Shown here one piece after another: positions 1 to 8,917 of a stretch of 64,000 nt of DNA; position 1 is the stretch's first letter, and each line of letters starts with the position of its first letter. Under the pieces are notes generated by a model. That model was not told where the DNA came from and made no database searches. It saw only the letters and a list, made by a program, of their open reading frames with translations. Source of the stretch: a virus; the IMG/VR virus record IMGVR_UViG_3300027763_002499, positions 26,549 through 90,548 of that record, one strand, 5' to 3'. Both the position numbers and the translations under genes were made by a program.

Positions 1-46
1 AGTTGAGCCAACTCGCGGATTTGCTTTTGCGTTAAGATTACATTTG

Positions 47-280
47 TCATCGTGTTCCTTTTAGTGTTTCTAGCATAACTTCTTCACTGTGCTCTTGTAA
101 CCAATCTTCTTCGGGTGCAAATGTAGAACACTTTTTTAATTGACGCTCCACTTCCCAAAGAATTTGATAGAGCTTTTGTTTTTGTCCCCACTGGAAGTAC
201 CCATCCATGTAAGGGTCGGTGGCTTTATAGCCTATGCGTTGAATGTCCCAAATGACATCGTTAATGCTTACGTCTTTCAA
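47..280 (-). CDS. hypothetical phage protein
   Basis: 77-aa ORF, packed with neighbours on the coding strand. Confidence 0.7.
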   Translation of the reverse strand: MKDVSINDVIWDIQRIGYKATDPYMDGYFQWGQKQKLYQILWEVERQLKKCSTFAPEEDWLQEHSEEVMLETLKGTR

Positions 281-443
281 ATAAACCTCGTACTGAGTTA
301 ATAAGGTTAAGGAATCTAGCTTTGAATGGATCGTTAATGATCTGTTCTGCTAGGCTAAGATGTTGTGGACATCGACCTTGCCTCCAGTCGCAAAGAGGAG
401 AATATTCTTGTCTACAGGTTTTACACTTCGTCTGGCTCATCAT
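261..443 (-). CDS. small Cys-rich hypothetical protein
   Basis: CKTC...C...CP pattern; overlaps both neighbours. Confidence 0.5.
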   Translation of the reverse strand: MMSQTKCKTCRQEYSPLCDWRQGRCPQHLSLAEQIINDPFKARFLNLINSVRGLFERRKH

Positions 444-732
444 CGCTTGCTAATAAGATTTCGTTATTGTCAAGATGGACTAGCTTTAGCTTTTCGCCAT
501 TGTGTTCACATTCAAACTGGCGACTCCATCTACCATGTGCTACTAATACATATTGACCAGGCTGTACCCAATCAATGTCTTCTCCGACTAATTTAACTTT
601 TGCCCAGCGTGGTCGTACTCCATGGTCTTTACCGTTATCCGACTTTAGCACAATACCGCCAGAAGATACACGTTCTCCTAGCCCAAGCAATTCAGCAAGA
701 ATTCTTTTTGGTAATGGTTTAATTTTACTCAT
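421..732 (-). CDS. groES: co-chaperonin GroES-like protein
   Basis: KIKPLPKRIL start, SSGGIVL mobile loop, VKLVG..VQPGQYVL, terminal EILL. Confidence 0.8.
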   Translation of the reverse strand: MSKIKPLPKRILAELLGLGERVSSGGIVLKSDNGKDHGVRPRWAKVKLVGEDIDWVQPGQYVLVAHGRWSRQFECEHNGEKLKLVHLDNNEILLASDDEPDEV

Positions 733-1111
733 CTTGTTCCTTTAAGATAACTTCCATACTTCCATCTGAGTATGTGATTTCAATGGCAGGACCTTCGGGT
801 GTATTGACTTCGGATTCTGACACAATTGTCACTGGTTCATTTACTGGAGTAAGGTCTTCGACAACAGGAGCATTTTTTACAGGAGCAATGTTTTCATCTG
901 CTTTTAAACTAACACTTTGTTTCTCGTTAGATTTAATTACAGATGTAGCTCTGGAAATGGTCTGGCTTGGAATTTTAACATTTCCCTTGGCATCTATAAT
1001 GTCTCCACGTGCATTCATTGAGATGTTGCTTACTGCTCTTACATTTCCGTTTTGTTCAACAAACGCGGCCATGTTAAATTCTCGTCCTCGATGTGTTTTA
1101 TATCTGCTCAT
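725..1111 (-). CDS. hypothetical phage protein
   Basis: 128-aa ORF, translationally coupled. Confidence 0.7.
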   Translation of the reverse strand: MSRYKTHRGREFNMAAFVEQNGNVRAVSNISMNARGDIIDAKGNVKIPSQTISRATSVIKSNEKQSVSLKADENIAPVKNAPVVEDLTPVNEPVTIVSESEVNTPEGPAIEITYSDGSMEVILKEQDE

Positions 1112-1578
1112 CTGATAAATTCCTCTATTCCTAAGTTATACTTAATTGGATTAATCTGGTGTAGTCCTACCAAATAAAGTAAAAAGGAACTAACAGAGCT
1201 TCCTCGACCTACACCCCACACAATTTTATTGTCTTTCATTACTTGAACCATGTAAATCATAAAACGCAACATATGAGTTAAGTTACGCTCTTGAAATAAC
1301 TGTAGTTCTAATACAACACGCTCAGCTTCTTCCACTGTTGAAATCTTCTCAGCAAAGAATAAATCTAAATCTAAGTTTTGATAATGCTCGGGCATGGACC
1401 ATTGCGTTACTGCTTCTTCTGGTGCAAGATCAATGCCAGGTGTGAATCTAATGTCAAGACCTAGTTCTTTACATCCGCAGTCATACAATGACATAACCTC
1501 AGGGCTGACAAGTACTGGGCCGCTCTTGTCTTGATAAAGCAATTCAATAAGATCCGAATCGGTCAATTTTACACTCAT
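1108..1578 (-). CDS. stand-alone DNA polymerase III alpha (DnaE)-like fragment
   Basis: WGVGRGSSVSSFLLYLVGLHQINPIKYNLGIEEF matches the DnaE GxGRGS...DPI.Y.L.FERF segment; only 156 aa. Confidence 0.75.
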   Translation of the reverse strand: MSVKLTDSDLIELLYQDKSGPVLVSPEVMSLYDCGCKELGLDIRFTPGIDLAPEEAVTQWSMPEHYQNLDLDLFFAEKISTVEEAERVVLELQLFQERNLTHMLRFMIYMVQVMKDNKIVWGVGRGSSVSSFLLYLVGLHQINPIKYNLGIEEFIR

Positions 1579-1811
1579 TAGTTAATAATACTATCTTTAA
1601 AAGGATCACTGTCTTTGTCAGAATCCATTTTTCTCTTATAACCCAATTCCCACATAGCATGTTTAATAGCTTCCATATGGGCATACATTTGATTCATAAC
1701 TTCCTGGCTGGCACCAGCTGAATAGGCCGCATTATACTTTTTAGTAATTTCTGCTTGTTTAGTCATTAGTTCATCAAATGTCATTGTATAGTATGGTGCA
1801 AACATAGTCAA
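1578..1811 (-). CDS. hypothetical protein
   Basis: 77-aa helical ORF. Confidence 0.65.
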   Translation of the reverse strand: MTMFAPYYTMTFDELMTKQAEITKKYNAAYSAGASQEVMNQMYAHMEAIKHAMWELGYKRKMDSDKDSDPFKDSIIN

Positions 1812-1813
1812 CC

Positions 1814-2152
1814 TTAAAATGGCATAGAAGGTGAAAAGCTACTGCCACACCCACATGTTGTTTGAGCATTTGGATTATCAATTACAAAGCGACTGCCTGT
1901 AATATCATCTTTAAAATCAATGACTGCTGAGGATAGATATTGCATACTCATTGAATCAACTAGAATCTTAACACCATCTTGTTCTAATTCAAAATCATCT
2001 TCGTTTTTTTCTTCGTCAAATGTAAAGCCGTACTCCATACCGCTACATCCACCACCTTGTACAAAGATACGTAATGGTAAGCTTGCATTGCCCTCATCAA
2101 TGGCAATTTCTCTAACTCTGTTGATTGCTGAATCTGTAATTTTAATTTGCAT
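1814..2152 (-). CDS. erpA: iron-sulfur cluster insertion protein (A-type carrier, ErpA/IscA family)
   Basis: [17 protein letters not shown] and [14 protein letters not shown] motifs. Confidence 0.92.
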   Translation of the reverse strand: MQIKITDSAINRVREIAIDEGNASLPLRIFVQGGGCSGMEYGFTFDEEKNEDDFELEQDGVKILVDSMSMQYLSSAVIDFKDDITGSRFVIDNPNAQTTCGCGSSFSPSMPF

Positions 2153-2153
2153 A

Positions 2154-2360
2154 TTATGACCTTAGAATAATTTCAATTATCTCTTCTTTTTTCTTACGAC
2201 TGTTAAACACAATAGAGTGCTGATGTCCGTAAGCAATTACTTCTTTTTTAGTTAGCTGACTGAGGTACTCAGCATTGTGCATTGGCCTTACGACTAAAGT
2301 ATCACTGGTGATAGCTTTATCGTTGTCAATTTGCTTGCCTAAAAAAGATTTAATTGACAT
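2154..2360 (-). CDS. hypothetical protein
   Basis: 68-aa ORF. Confidence 0.6.
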   Translation of the reverse strand: MSIKSFLGKQIDNDKAITSDTLVVRPMHNAEYLSQLTKKEVIAYGHQHSIVFNSRKKKEEIIEIILRS

Positions 2361-2640
2361 TTATATGTTCCCCATATATTAATTTAGCAAAAATAGCATC
2401 ATGCTCTTGCTCGAACAACATATAAGGCTTAGATTCTTGGTTAGGTCCTGCTTCAAACGCCCAGCCGCTCCAACCATGTGACTTTTCAACACAATCATCA
2501 ATCATGAGCCCGGGAATTCCATCACCCTCTAGCTGTATAGCCCATACCTGGCTTGGTTTATCAGAGTCAAGTACAGAAAACACTTGATAGAAGCTGGATA
2601 ATGGCACGTTCTTGATCACGCAAACAAGTCCTCGTTCCAC
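2350..2640 (-). CDS. hypothetical protein (start uncertain)
   Basis: ORF fills the gap downstream of queD. Confidence 0.55.
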   Translation of the reverse strand: MERGLVCVIKNVPLSSFYQVFSVLDSDKPSQVWAIQLEGDGIPGLMIDDCVEKSHGWSGWAFEAGPNQESKPYMLFEQEHDAIFAKLIYGEHINVN

Positions 2641-3119
2641 TCGCGATGGCCTTCGCGGAAAGCCATATTACTTTGTGTTTCTCTAACTTCAACCCGATAG
2701 CACCACAAGCGAGCCGCTTCACCTGGTCCCCACATCTCAGGAATATAAACTCCGTTAACATATTTGTACAACATGTCACTGAGACCTTCACAGCCTAATT
2801 TAGGAAGCACAACTACTTTTGCCATCTTCTTTTCTACTAACAAATTGTATGTTTCCATTTCCGGATCATCTTGCGCTACAATAAGTGTATGATCAAACTG
2901 GTCTTCTAACGTCTTTTTAAGTTCTTTAAGTCCTCCATAGTCTGCCGCCCAGTTACGAACGTCCAGATCATTGGTTCCGAAATAGAACTTCATGCTAAAT
3001 GAATAGCCGTGGATTAGATTGCAATGGCTATCTGCTCTCCACTGTCGGTAAGCGCATGGAAATGCGTCATGGTACTCTTTTGTACTTGTGTATTTGTATA
3101 CAACTGGTTGTAATGCCAT
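2616..3119 (-). CDS. queD: 6-carboxytetrahydropterin synthase (QueD/PTPS family)
   Basis: SHCNLIHGYSF, DYGGLKELK, FDHTL and terminal VEVRET motifs. Confidence 0.88.
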   Translation of the reverse strand: MALQPVVYKYTSTKEYHDAFPCAYRQWRADSHCNLIHGYSFSMKFYFGTNDLDVRNWAADYGGLKELKKTLEDQFDHTLIVAQDDPEMETYNLLVEKKMAKVVVLPKLGCEGLSDMLYKYVNGVYIPEMWGPGEAARLWCYRVEVRETQSNMAFREGHREWNEDLFA

Positions 3120-3124
3120 CTTAT

Positions 3125-3195
3125 TCTCCTATGTTAAATTATAGCATAGGCTTGCAGAATTTGTATAGCGGGATGAATGCCAGAAAGGCCGCTGT
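3125..3195 (-). ncRNA. preQ1-I-like riboswitch candidate in the queD leader
   Basis: minus strand AGCGG-17 nt loop-CCGCU stem, then AUACAAA tail, then CCUAUG/CAUAGG hairpin covering the AGGAGA RBS. Confidence 0.55.
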
Positions 3196-3203
3196 CATAT
3201 TTA

Positions 3204-3788
3204 TTAACGATTTCTTAGTTCGTTAATACCTAATGCTTTAAATGCTCGCTGAACGCCAACCAACTGACTCCAACAATCCCAAAGTGCGTGGTGAGCGGCT
3301 CCCTGTGGTCGTTCAAGTCCTGGTACAAGTGCATATAAAGTTCGTGCATCACGGGCTTGCCAGTAGTTCCAAGCAACTCCACGTTTTAATTCTCTACTAA
3401 AGTGTTCAAGTATGTTCAAGTCAAATCCAGTGCCATTGGCCCATATTGCATCAATGCCTCCACACCACTTGTGAAAGTCTCGCAAAACATCTTGTATACT
3501 GTGCCTATCATCTTCAGCAAATGCTTCTGCTCTAACTTCTTCGTTTTGGTTACCCCACCATGCTAATGTGGCATCATCAATAACATGATCTAATCCTTCA
3601 AAACTTTCAAAGCTAACACGACGATAAAATGTATCCATAGTCTCCATTGGATTATCTGTGTCATCTGCAAAAGGGTTAAAACGAATTGCGCCAATAGTAA
3701 GCATTAAACTATTTGGCTTTGTACCAAGTGTCTCCAAGTCAACCATAACGTGATTGCCCGGCGCTCGGATGTTCATTTCATTTGCCAT
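3204..3788 (-). CDS. DEDDh 3'-5' exonuclease/exoribonuclease (Rv2179c-like)
   Basis: VMVDLETLG, WANGTGFD, RDART, HHALWD motifs. Confidence 0.85.
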   Translation of the reverse strand: MANEMNIRAPGNHVMVDLETLGTKPNSLMLTIGAIRFNPFADDTDNPMETMDTFYRRVSFESFEGLDHVIDDATLAWWGNQNEEVRAEAFAEDDRHSIQDVLRDFHKWCGGIDAIWANGTGFDLNILEHFSRELKRGVAWNYWQARDARTLYALVPGLERPQGAAHHALWDCWSQLVGVQRAFKALGINELRNR

Positions 3789-3957
3789 TGGTAACTTCCA
3801 GTTTCTTTAATGACCAAGTGCCATTTTTGTTGTCAATCCACTCTAAGGTATCACCTTCTGCCCATCCTGTTTCTTTAAGAAAATCTTCTGGAAATGGCAA
3901 TATAAGCTCTTCCGGATTATCCGGATTCTCTTCAACAGTGATGGTCCACGATTTCAT
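3778..3957 (-). CDS. AbrB/SpoVT-like small DNA-binding protein (not in ORF track)
   Basis: hand translation MKSWTITVEENPDNPEELILPFPEDFLKETGWAEGDTLEW..., 59 aa; LPFP..L...GW.EGD.L pattern. Confidence 0.7.
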   Translation of the reverse strand: MKSWTITVEENPDNPEELILPFPEDFLKETGWAEGDTLEWIDNKNGTWSLKKLEVTNGK

Positions 3958-4175
3958 TTTATGTTGTTTCCGTTAAAGTCTTTTGTTGCAAGCATGTCGG
4001 GAATTTGAGTAGACATAGCTTCTAGTTCAAATCGATTAGGATAGTGTCGCATTATCCAACGAGCTCGTTCTCGAATTTGTCCTGGCACCCGAGGAGTAAC
4101 CTGCGGAATAAGTAAATCTTCAATAAGACGCATGCCTTCAAGCATAGCGCGATAGCGTTCATCTGGCATTGTCAT
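3954..4175 (-). CDS. hypothetical phage protein
   Basis: MTMPDERYRA...RHYP ORF with 4-nt overlaps. Confidence 0.7.
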   Translation of the reverse strand: MTMPDERYRAMLEGMRLIEDLLIPQVTPRVPGQIRERARWIMRHYPNRFELEAMSTQIPDMLATKDFNGNNIK

Positions 4176-4339
4176 TGTTCAATCCTCGTTTCAGGCACAT
4201 CTGGCCTACTTATACAAAATTCACATTTTGGGTCATTACATGTTGACTCCAACCACTTATTGCAAGATTTACAGTAATAGGCATCATACTTTTCTGAATA
4301 TGATTTCTTTTCATTGCACCTACAGTAATTTGTATTCAA
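4172..4339 (-). CDS. small Cys-rich (zinc-finger-like) protein (not in ORF track)
   Basis: TTG start, 55 aa, YDAYYCKSCNKWLESTCNDPKCEFC. Confidence 0.6.
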   Translation of the reverse strand: MNTNYCRCNEKKSYSEKYDAYYCKSCNKWLESTCNDPKCEFCISRPDVPETRIEQ

Positions 4340-5175
4340 GTCCACAGCGAATCTCTTGCCTTAATAAGTCGAATCATCATAGCTTCATCTTCTTTTTCAT
4401 AAGCGGCTTCAATTTTTTGTAGCAACTTATGAGCCTTGTCACTCATCTTTTTAAGTTCAGGTGTTTTGTCACTGCTAAAACTCAACTTGCCACCATTGGC
4501 AATGCGACTTGCTTCGCAATACTCAGTCCAACCACTAGCATCATACGGATCTGGACGATTACGATATGTAACAGTCCACCATGTGTATAGCTCTTTAATC
4601 TCTTGAGCACGAACTGCCTGTAGCGTGGGCTTACCATATTCGGGATGATCAGGCTCCAGCCAATCGCTGTTGGTTAAAGTCATTGCCCAATCGAGATGAT
4701 CTAAACCTGCTTGAGGGCAACGCCATGTTCTCCAACGGAACCAGCCACTGGCCCAAAATGGAGGATTATACTTGGCACGAGCTTGTTCGTCGCCCCAAGC
4801 AATATGACTCCATGCAGTTTCTATCTCAACAAAGTCCACAAGCTCATTGAATAAGCAAGGTAAAAAGCGGTTCCCTACGTCTTGCCACTGGCCAGGTTTA
4901 ATATCTCGGGGATGAGCGGTAAGACCATGAGTGCGACTAACCCAACGGTTGTTAATGTAGTACTTGATATCATAAATTTTCCTTACAGGCCATGTTACAA
5001 AATCCTGGATATGTCCAAGTCCCTCTTCTGCCAACCAGTAGCGGAAGTTGTGCTTCATCTGTGCCCGAGTAGTCCAGTCATCCCATTCTTCAGCTGTGCC
5101 TGCACTTAATTTCTTAGTGCCGCGAAGCCAATCTGCAAAAGGACTGCATGACCAGTAATGTGTGTGATGTGCCAT
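4336..5175 (-). CDS. Trp-rich hypothetical phage protein
   Basis: 279-aa ORF, no family recognised. Confidence 0.75.
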   Translation of the reverse strand: MAHHTHYWSCSPFADWLRGTKKLSAGTAEEWDDWTTRAQMKHNFRYWLAEEGLGHIQDFVTWPVRKIYDIKYYINNRWVSRTHGLTAHPRDIKPGQWQDVGNRFLPCLFNELVDFVEIETAWSHIAWGDEQARAKYNPPFWASGWFRWRTWRCPQAGLDHLDWAMTLTNSDWLEPDHPEYGKPTLQAVRAQEIKELYTWWTVTYRNRPDPYDASGWTEYCEASRIANGGKLSFSSDKTPELKKMSDKAHKLLQKIEAAYEKEDEAMMIRLIKARDSLWT

Positions 5176-5640
5176 TTATTCTTCTACCTTGTTAATTGTA
5201 ATTCCTGCTTGCTTTAAAAATACAATGCCGGCTTCACTTCTATAATTATCCCGATAAAACACCTGTTTAATACCACTTTGGTATATCAATTTAGCACATT
5301 CAATACAAGGTGCATGGGTAACAAAGATTACTGCATTTTCAGATGACTCTGGACTACGTGCTACCTTTGCAATGGCATTTGCTTCTGCATGAAGAACTTC
5401 AGGTTTGGTTACCAGTTCTCCTGTCTTGACTAGTATAGAACCAACACCATACTCGGGCTGGATTTCAGTTACTTCATCTTCACAGTTGTTGTCCCAACCA
5501 CTGGGCATTCCATTATAACCAATGCTAATGATCCTGTCATCTTTAACTACAATAGCACCCACTTGCAGTCGTCTAGCTGTGCTGAGACGGGCATAAGTAC
5601 CTGCCACTTCCATGTGTGCTTTGATGTATTTGGGTTTCAT
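5176..5640 (-). CDS. dCMP deaminase (ComEB-like)
   Basis: VGAIVV..IGYNG, HAEANAI and APCIEC zinc motifs. Confidence 0.92.
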   Translation of the reverse strand: MKPKYIKAHMEVAGTYARLSTARRLQVGAIVVKDDRIISIGYNGMPSGWDNNCEDEVTEIQPEYGVGSILVKTGELVTKPEVLHAEANAIAKVARSPESSENAVIFVTHAPCIECAKLIYQSGIKQVFYRDNYRSEAGIVFLKQAGITINKVEE

Positions 5641-5646
5641 ACGATA

Positions 5647-5675
5647 AGTATAACACTAGTTCTGACTAATGTCAA
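5647..5675 (-). promoter_or_regulatory. sigma70-type early promoter (leaderless transcript)
   Basis: TTGACA-17-TATACT; ATG at 5640 falls at +1. Confidence 0.8.
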
Positions 5676-5694
5676 CGGTAAAAGGGAATTTTGA

Positions 5695-6261
5695 ATGATT
5701 GTTTATATCCACGGCGCTAGTGCTACAGGTGAAAGTTTCAATTACATTCGCCAAAACATCAAAATTAAGGACCTTGTACTAGAATACTCGAGTTCAAGTG
5801 GTTTTGAAAACAATTTAATTAAAATGGAAAAGTCCATTGAATCATGTGACAAGATATTTTTTATTGCACATAGTTTAGGTGGAATATATGCGCTTCATTT
5901 GGCAAATCGTTTTGCAGGTGAAGTATTGGGTGGTGTTACTCTTAGTACACCATATGGCGGCTGTATTCAAGCCGATTATGCAAAATACTTCCTGCCATTT
6001 AGCAGACTCATGCGTGACATTGGCACAATGAGTCGCCCAATGAGTGATGTAGCAAAAATTCCAGCCCCTAACAATTGGACCAACATTGTCACCACTGTAG
6101 GCAAGAGTCCTTGGATACTTGAACCAAACGATGGTGTTGTTACAATTGATAGTATGCGGGCCAGGCAAGACATAGAACTAATTGAAATGTCACTAAACCA
6201 TTACGAAGTTGTGTTGAGCAATGATGTAATTAAAATAATCAAAGACCGAATAAAAAATTAA
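5695..6261 (+). CDS. alpha/beta hydrolase
   Basis: YIHG, AHSLGG nucleophile elbow, NDGVV, NHYEV. Confidence 0.85.
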   Translation: MIVYIHGASATGESFNYIRQNIKIKDLVLEYSSSSGFENNLIKMEKSIESCDKIFFIAHSLGGIYALHLANRFAGEVLGGVTLSTPYGGCIQADYAKYFLPFSRLMRDIGTMSRPMSDVAKIPAPNNWTNIVTTVGKSPWILEPNDGVVTIDSMRARQDIELIEMSLNHYEVVLSNDVIKIIKDRIKN

Positions 6262-6596
6262 ACAATCACTGACTTTTCTTTGGCATACTTGAACAGATTT
6301 GTGCCCTTCTCTCTGACCGAATCTGCTACCACTTGTGGAGAGTCTGTCCACATCTCACGCATGTCTTCGTACGTGAAATCATCTTCTGTATCATATGCCC
6401 ATACTTCAGGAAAGCGTTGGTGATTAGCCTTGGCTCGCATGATCATCATGTTAACACGTTGACCTGCATGATCTTTTGGTTTCTTACCTGACAATATTGC
6501 TAACATGTCTTCCCCTTTAAGATCATCCCAAGGAATAAGGGTGTCAACTCCCAGTGTATCAAATAACACAATCCATTGTTTAGCCACGGATTTCAC
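6258..6596 (-). CDS. hypothetical protein
   Basis: 112-aa ORF. Confidence 0.65.
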   Translation of the reverse strand: MKSVAKQWIVLFDTLGVDTLIPWDDLKGEDMLAILSGKKPKDHAGQRVNMMIMRAKANHQRFPEVWAYDTEDDFTYEDMREMWTDSPQVVADSVREKGTNLFKYAKEKSVIV

Positions 6597-6774
6597 CTTT
6601 TAAAATTCTAAGAGCCCTTTCTAGATTCTCTACTGTTGGTTCAACCATTCTCATGAGTGTATTTTCTGTAGACTCATCAAACACAGACAATGAAACTTTG
6701 TCATTTGACTTGTCTTGGATCAACAATAAAGCTTTGCGATCTAATTCGGTTATCTTAAAAACAGTGTAAATCAT
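6580..6774 (-). CDS. hypothetical protein
   Basis: 64-aa ORF with overlaps. Confidence 0.55.
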   Translation of the reverse strand: MIYTVFKITELDRKALLLIQDKSNDKVSLSVFDESTENTLMRMVEPTVENLERALRILKGEIRG

Positions 6775-7115
6775 TTTAATAATACCTCATCATCTTTTAC
6801 AAGAATACCCTTTGCTCCAGGAAACCTTTTACCAAAGTTTTCATTTAATTCATCAAATGTGTTACCTTGACAAACAAATTCATTGTTTGTTGCGTTATAT
6901 GCAAATTGAATGCCATTGTGTTCTTCAATCTTGAGAAAAATAAACTTATTCCTTAAGTCTTCAATCTGTGCTTCAACTTCGTCTTGCATCTTTTTAAAAT
7001 GCCAATTTGTCCAGAATATAAATATCCTCAGCAATAGAATGGAACCTAAAAAAATCAGTAGAATGTTGTCAGTATTATTAAGCATCTGGTGATGCCTTAA
7101 TGTCCTTAATGTCAT
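6771..7115 (-). CDS. hypothetical membrane-anchored protein (start probably at MLNN)
   Basis: N-terminal hydrophobic helix. Confidence 0.6.
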   Translation of the reverse strand: MTLRTLRHHQMLNNTDNILLIFLGSILLLRIFIFWTNWHFKKMQDEVEAQIEDLRNKFIFLKIEEHNGIQFAYNATNNEFVCQGNTFDELNENFGKRFPGAKGILVKDDEVLLK

Positions 7116-7389
7116 TAATGTCCTTAATGTTAATAACGTTATCTACTCGAAAACTCCTCCACTGTTGTTTGTCAGTACAAAAAACGCTCATGACTTCCAG
7201 CTTGGGTTCTTTCTTTTTCTTACCCTCAACAATTGCCACCTGAGGTAATAACGCAGGTTGCAAAGTACAAGGCATGGTACGCAATTCGCCATCAACCTTG
7301 GTAAAGGTAACCTCTACAATTCCTGCATTGAGTTGTTCACTAAGAACTTGCCTACGCTGTTCTATAGTTTCTTTATCAAACCAAATCAT
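7078..7389 (-). CDS. WYL-like / SH3 beta-barrel protein
   Basis: VTFTKVDGELRTMPCTL and WRSFRVDNV motifs. Confidence 0.7.
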   Translation of the reverse strand: MIWFDKETIEQRRQVLSEQLNAGIVEVTFTKVDGELRTMPCTLQPALLPQVAIVEGKKKKEPKLEVMSVFCTDKQQWRSFRVDNVINIKDINDIKDIKASPDA

Positions 7390-7402
7390 TTAGTCCTCAC
7401 TA

Positions 7403-8014
7403 TTAATTAAAAACATCATTAACAAATTGTCTATTGGAGTCGATTGATTCATAGTCTTTCATTGCAGAATCTGTTACTCTAAATGCCCAGCTAGTTCCTG
7501 TTTTAGTTTTTTCAAAATAACCCGGACAATTTGCAAATCCTTTAACAGTGACCCAAGGAAGTGAATTAGCATACTTTGGGTTGGATATTAAAATTGTTCT
7601 AGCCTCTTCATATGATTTTTTAATCTGAGATTGAATACAATCATCTGTGAACTGGCAAACTTTTGCTTTAACTATAAAGCCAGGTTCACCGTTTTTAAAG
7701 TATACTCTATATTGCTGTTGAAATTTTTTGCAGACATTAGATTGCTCATATGGTGTATTACAAATTTCTTCATATGTCATAGAACCTACTGTGTGTGGAG
7801 CATCTGAATCTATGTTTCTTGTTTTAACTTCAACATCAACACCACTGATGTTAATATCGCATCCAGCACCCTTATTAACAGGATAACCATTTGAATTTAA
7901 CACTTCCTCTACATAGCATCCAATGTTGCCGTGACTGCCGTTTCCATCTGCTTGCTTTGGTACTGGCATTCCAATTAGCATTTCATCAATTTTTAATTTT
8001 TTAACAACAATCAT
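7403..8014 (-). CDS. PD-(D/E)xK nuclease-like protein
   Basis: GNIGCYVE...N...GCD....DVEVKT resembles a MutH/Sau3AI-type catalytic core. Confidence 0.55.
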   Translation of the reverse strand: MIVVKKLKIDEMLIGMPVPKQADGNGSHGNIGCYVEEVLNSNGYPVNKGAGCDINISGVDVEVKTRNIDSDAPHTVGSMTYEEICNTPYEQSNVCKKFQQQYRVYFKNGEPGFIVKAKVCQFTDDCIQSQIKKSYEEARTILISNPKYANSLPWVTVKGFANCPGYFEKTKTGTSWAFRVTDSAMKDYESIDSNRQFVNDVFN

Positions 8015-8334
8015 TTCTGTTCCTTTACAATGTTATATAGTACGTCAAATTCCTTCTTGGCTTCTGCAAGGTTTGGATATTGCTTACAAAGCTCTTTGAT
8101 AGCTTCTTCCTCTGCCCTCATCTTTTCAAACCAAACAATCATCTCTCTTAGCTTAGGTCCAACATTGATGTTAGCACTACCCTGTGGAATTGTTTGTGCG
8201 CTTCCATTAGCATCAACAACTTTATATTGTCTGCTGTTTGCGTCCCAATAAAGAGCACCACTAGCATATGGACCATTGTTAAAGGTTGATACTTCTAAGA
8301 TGCCTGGATCAATACTATTGATATAATCTATCAT
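8011..8334 (-). CDS. hypothetical phage protein
   Basis: 107-aa ORF behind TTGAAA-17-TATAAT (8340-8368). Confidence 0.7.
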   Translation of the reverse strand: MIDYINSIDPGILEVSTFNNGPYASGALYWDANSRQYKVVDANGSAQTIPQGSANINVGPKLREMIVWFEKMRAEEEAIKELCKQYPNLAEAKKEFDVLYNIVKEQK

Positions 8335-8356
8335 AATCTATTATACACTACTTTGT

Positions 8357-8917
8357 TTAGATTTTCAAGTGTTTGAAATACTCAAAATGCTTTTCAAGTG
8401 TCCATGTTTCAGGATTAACCAGTGTACCATCATGAGTTTGGTAACTTGCCGAAAACACATTTGAGTAACGCTTGAATGGCAACCACATGTCTGGGGTATG
8501 GCTAGCCCAACCTGCATCCTTTAGAGCCATGTGTTTGGCACGACTCAACTTCACAGTTGGTACATTAAGAGCTTGTTCAACTGTAATAATACTTGCTAAC
8601 AACAAGTCACGAATACGGGCCGCCGGAATTAAATGCTCAAAGTCAGTTTCATTGTCTGCACCAATCTCAACATAGTGAGCATCCATACCATCGCGTTCTT
8701 CGATACAGTACTTGTGGTACCTACGCAAATAGTAATCAATGTCGTTGCGAATTTCACGCAACAATTGTTGATTATTCTTAACCATGAGGTATTCGTTAAC
8801 TAAACGCTCAATATGTTTGGTGCAATGTTCTGCTACTGTTTTATAGGTAGCAGGACTACGTTTTGTCTTGCCGTAAACTGGAGCCGTAAAGTTTTCAAGA
8901 GATTCTTTTAAGTTCAT
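8357..8917 (-). CDS. hypothetical protein with possible His-Me finger start motif
   Basis: DFEHLIP motif; 4-nt overlap with upstream gene. Confidence 0.55.
   Translation of the reverse strand: MNLKESLENFTAPVYGKTKRSPATYKTVAEHCTKHIERLVNEYLMVKNNQQLLREIRNDIDYYLRRYHKYCIEERDGMDAHYVEIGADNETDFEHLIPAARIRDLLLASIITVEQALNVPTVKLSRAKHMALKDAGWASHTPDMWLPFKRYSNVFSASYQTHDGTLVNPETWTLEKHFEYFKHLKI

Noticed and set aside
7095-7130. 4 x 9-bp tandem repeat (CCTTAATGT)
   Set aside because: Short low-complexity coding repeat at a gene end (DIK/DIN), with no sign of function.
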